Source of the DNA: Cetorhinus maximus
Lineage: Eukaryota
Assembly (NCBI RefSeq): GCF_964194155.1
Contig: NC_135902.1
Location: forward strand, 46,624,001 to 46,688,000
Reading direction: 5' to 3'
Length of the DNA stretch: 64,000 nt
In this document: positions 61,651-64,000 of the stretch, in pieces
How the letters are laid out: each line of letters begins with the position of its first letter
Position numbering within the stretch: the first letter of the stretch is position 1
Translations under genes and position numbers: made by a program
Notes under the pieces: generated by a model
What the model saw: only the letters and a program-made list of their open reading frames with translations
Databases searched by the model: none
Told to the model about the DNA's origin: nothing

Positions 61651-62074
61651 TCTGCCATCTGGTGTATTGAAAGGATTTACAGGTTGATAATCAACCTGCC
61701 TGGTCAAATGCACCTTCTGTGGCCATCAAGTTTTTGAGTGCAAATTAAGTACCTTTATACCCACACTGAAGATATAGTGTCACAATTCTACGCTGGTACT
61801 GTGCACTCAAGTGAACCCTTGGCTGTCTTGTGGCTGAGTTGGACTGTATTAAAATTTTTTTTAAAGTTCTATTCTATAAGATAATGTGTTAAAGAATGTG
61901 ACATTTAAAAATCCTACAATAGGTAACAATTGCCTCAAATTGGCATGAGGTGGTGCATGTTTTTAACTTCATTGCTTCGGCATTAAGCATCACTTGGCTG
62001 AGCACAGGGTGGAAAGTTGTGAGGGAGGATTGGTTTAAATTATTGTAAGGAAAATCAGAAGTTAAATGGGCCCT

Positions 62075-62530
62075 GTCAGCTGTGGCTCAGTTGGTATCAC
62101 TCTTGCCTCTGAATCACAAGGTTCTGCGTTCAAGCCCCACTCCAGGGCTTGAGCACAAAAATTAAGGCTGACGCTCCAGTGCAGCACTGAGGGAGCCCTG
62201 AACTGTCCGAGGTGTTGTCTTTCTGATGAGACATTAAACGGAGGCCCCACCTACCTTCTCGGGTGGATTTAAAACACGCATGGCACTATTTTGAAAAAGA
62301 GCAGGGGAGTTATCCCTGGTGTCTTGGCCAATATTTATCCCTCACTCAACATCAGTTACCTGGTTATTATTGCATTCCTGTTTGTGGGAGTTTGCTGAGT
62401 GTAAATTGGCTGTCCTGTTTCCTACATTACAGCAGTGACAACATTTCAAAATGCATTTCATTGGCTGTAAAGTGCTTAGAAACATCTGGTGGTCATGAAA
62501 AGCGCTGTATAAATGCAAGAATTTCTTTTT
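62075..62530 (+). mobile_element. Full-length DeuSINE-type SINE (SacSINE1/AmnSINE1-like)
   Basis: Box A tggctcagttgg and box B gttcaagcc, a central Deu-like domain, and an L2-like tail ending gcgctgtataaatgcaagaatttctttt. Confidence 0.85.
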
Positions 62531-64000
62531 CTGTAATGGTTGCCTGATTCATCCTGACTTTATCTCTGTGCTCAGCGAGACAATTCTTAATGCCCAGGTG
62601 GTAAAGAATAGAAATGCCCCAAATGTTTTTTTGCAACATTTCAAAAATTCACTTACAGCATCTGACTGATCTTGTAATTTTTGCAAAACAGTACATTAAG
62701 CAGGATTACAGAATGCAAGGGTTTGTTCAGAAAATCTCAATTTTATTTCACCTCTATGTTGTATTATAGTTAATTGGACTACCAGTATTTGGATGTTGGT
62801 ATTTGAAATCAGTCGGGACCATTTGATGAATGCAAAACCTTGTAGGTTTAAAATATAGGCTTAAAATGTCGCATTTAGGGCAGAAAGAACACAGCATGTC
62901 TCTTTGTATGATAAATGAAGTCAAAAATTAGAATAGCCTTCCTAAGGTGACATTTTAAAACTGAAAAGCAGTGACAAATTGTTCCCAACTGGAAGTCTTG
63001 CATTACATTGAATCCTCTCCTATATTTTTAAATGTCTGATAACTTGGCTATGTGTTGAGCTGTGCATGCTTTTATTGGGTGGTGGGGGGAAGGGTGAGAT
63101 TCGCTGTTGCTTTTGTTGATTATTTCAAACAGGCTTTAAAGGCTTAGATTTTACTTTGTTAAAATCATTGCACTAGTTTCAGTGCAAGGGAACTGACTTG
63201 TTCATTTTGAACTTTTGTCAAATGAGCTTCAAATGAGATGGAGCAGAATTTTTATTTAAATAATCAGAACTTTCACAGCATCACCAATTGTCCAGCAGAA
63301 GTAGAAAACAAAAACTGAATGAAGAAATAGGCCACTCATCTTAACTCATTAATAGCCACCTTCCCCGTAGCTGGATTAGAGCCAAGTGCTTCAGGTGTGG
63401 AATTACAGCTATGAGGTGCTGCCTCACAAAATACTCTGCTGTAAAATCATGTAGGCAGGTGCCAAGCTGAAGAAATTCTTAATGGATAGAATGGTTTGGA
63501 TGTGGCTCAAGGAAGGAGAGAACGCCTTAACCTTAAACATTTTCATACATCTGACCTCATTGACTTGTTTTATGCCTCTGTCCTTCACTTTCCAAAAGCA
63601 AGTTTGCCTGCTTCTTAAAAAGTTGTTTATATTGTGTGCCAGGGCACTCTTTCCCTCTGACGCAGAGTTATGTCCAATAGATGTAGTGGACTATTCGCTT
63701 CAAGTAGCTGTGGAAAGAGCTACAATGCTGAGACTGGCTTTCTGTGTCACTCTGTGCAATGCCTTTTCAAATTGCACATGGAGATTTTCTATATGTATAT
63801 AAAAAGAACCCTTGAAATGTGCAAGATTAAAATGTATTGGGAAAAAGCTGACATTTCTCTAGGAAACAATATTTTTAAGAATATATACTCTGTAGCACTA
63901 AGTGAATGTTTGGCATCTCCAAATGCATAGTCTCTTGATCCATCCAAGTTTTTAACTCAAAATAAAAATAGGAAGGAGTGTAACATTTTAACTACAACAG

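Noticed and set aside
1-64000. Prokaryotic operon, CRISPR array or defence system
   Set aside because: The sequence is vertebrate intron with spliceosomal exons. There are no regularly spaced repeat-spacer units and no long intact ORFs.
36188-64000. Next RPTOR exon (expected ARYKQSLDPTV...)
   Set aside because: Not found by eye or in the ORF track. It probably lies beyond the window, as does exon 1 upstream.

Overview
This is vertebrate nuclear DNA, and the repeat content points to a cartilaginous fish (shark-like). The window lies inside the RPTOR (Raptor, mTORC1 scaffold) gene on the + strand. Only two short coding exons are present: 23311-23413 and 36105-36187, equivalent to human exons 2 and 3. 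Everything else is intron filled with decayed transposons: CR1, L2 and RTE fragments, a Crack/L2-type LINE, DeuSINE-type SINEs, two Penelope-like (PLE) families, two pogo/POGK-like DNA transposons, probable solo LTRs and a ~1.1 kb foldback element. Most ORFs in the supplied track are repeat fragments or noise. The most interesting signals are five. (1) Two PLE families each carry a distinct minimal hammerhead-ribozyme motif; several copies are foldback hairpins with target-site duplications (TSDs), and one copy starts at the predicted cleavage site. (2) A LINE copy carries a tRNA-derived Pol III head shared with a short SINE. (3) A 226 bp CpG-rich, protein-like insert has no obvious origin. 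(4) Two short segments appear to have been copied from nearby templates. (5) Several insertions are nested inside one another. Repeat boundaries were read by eye and are approximate unless TSD coordinates are given.
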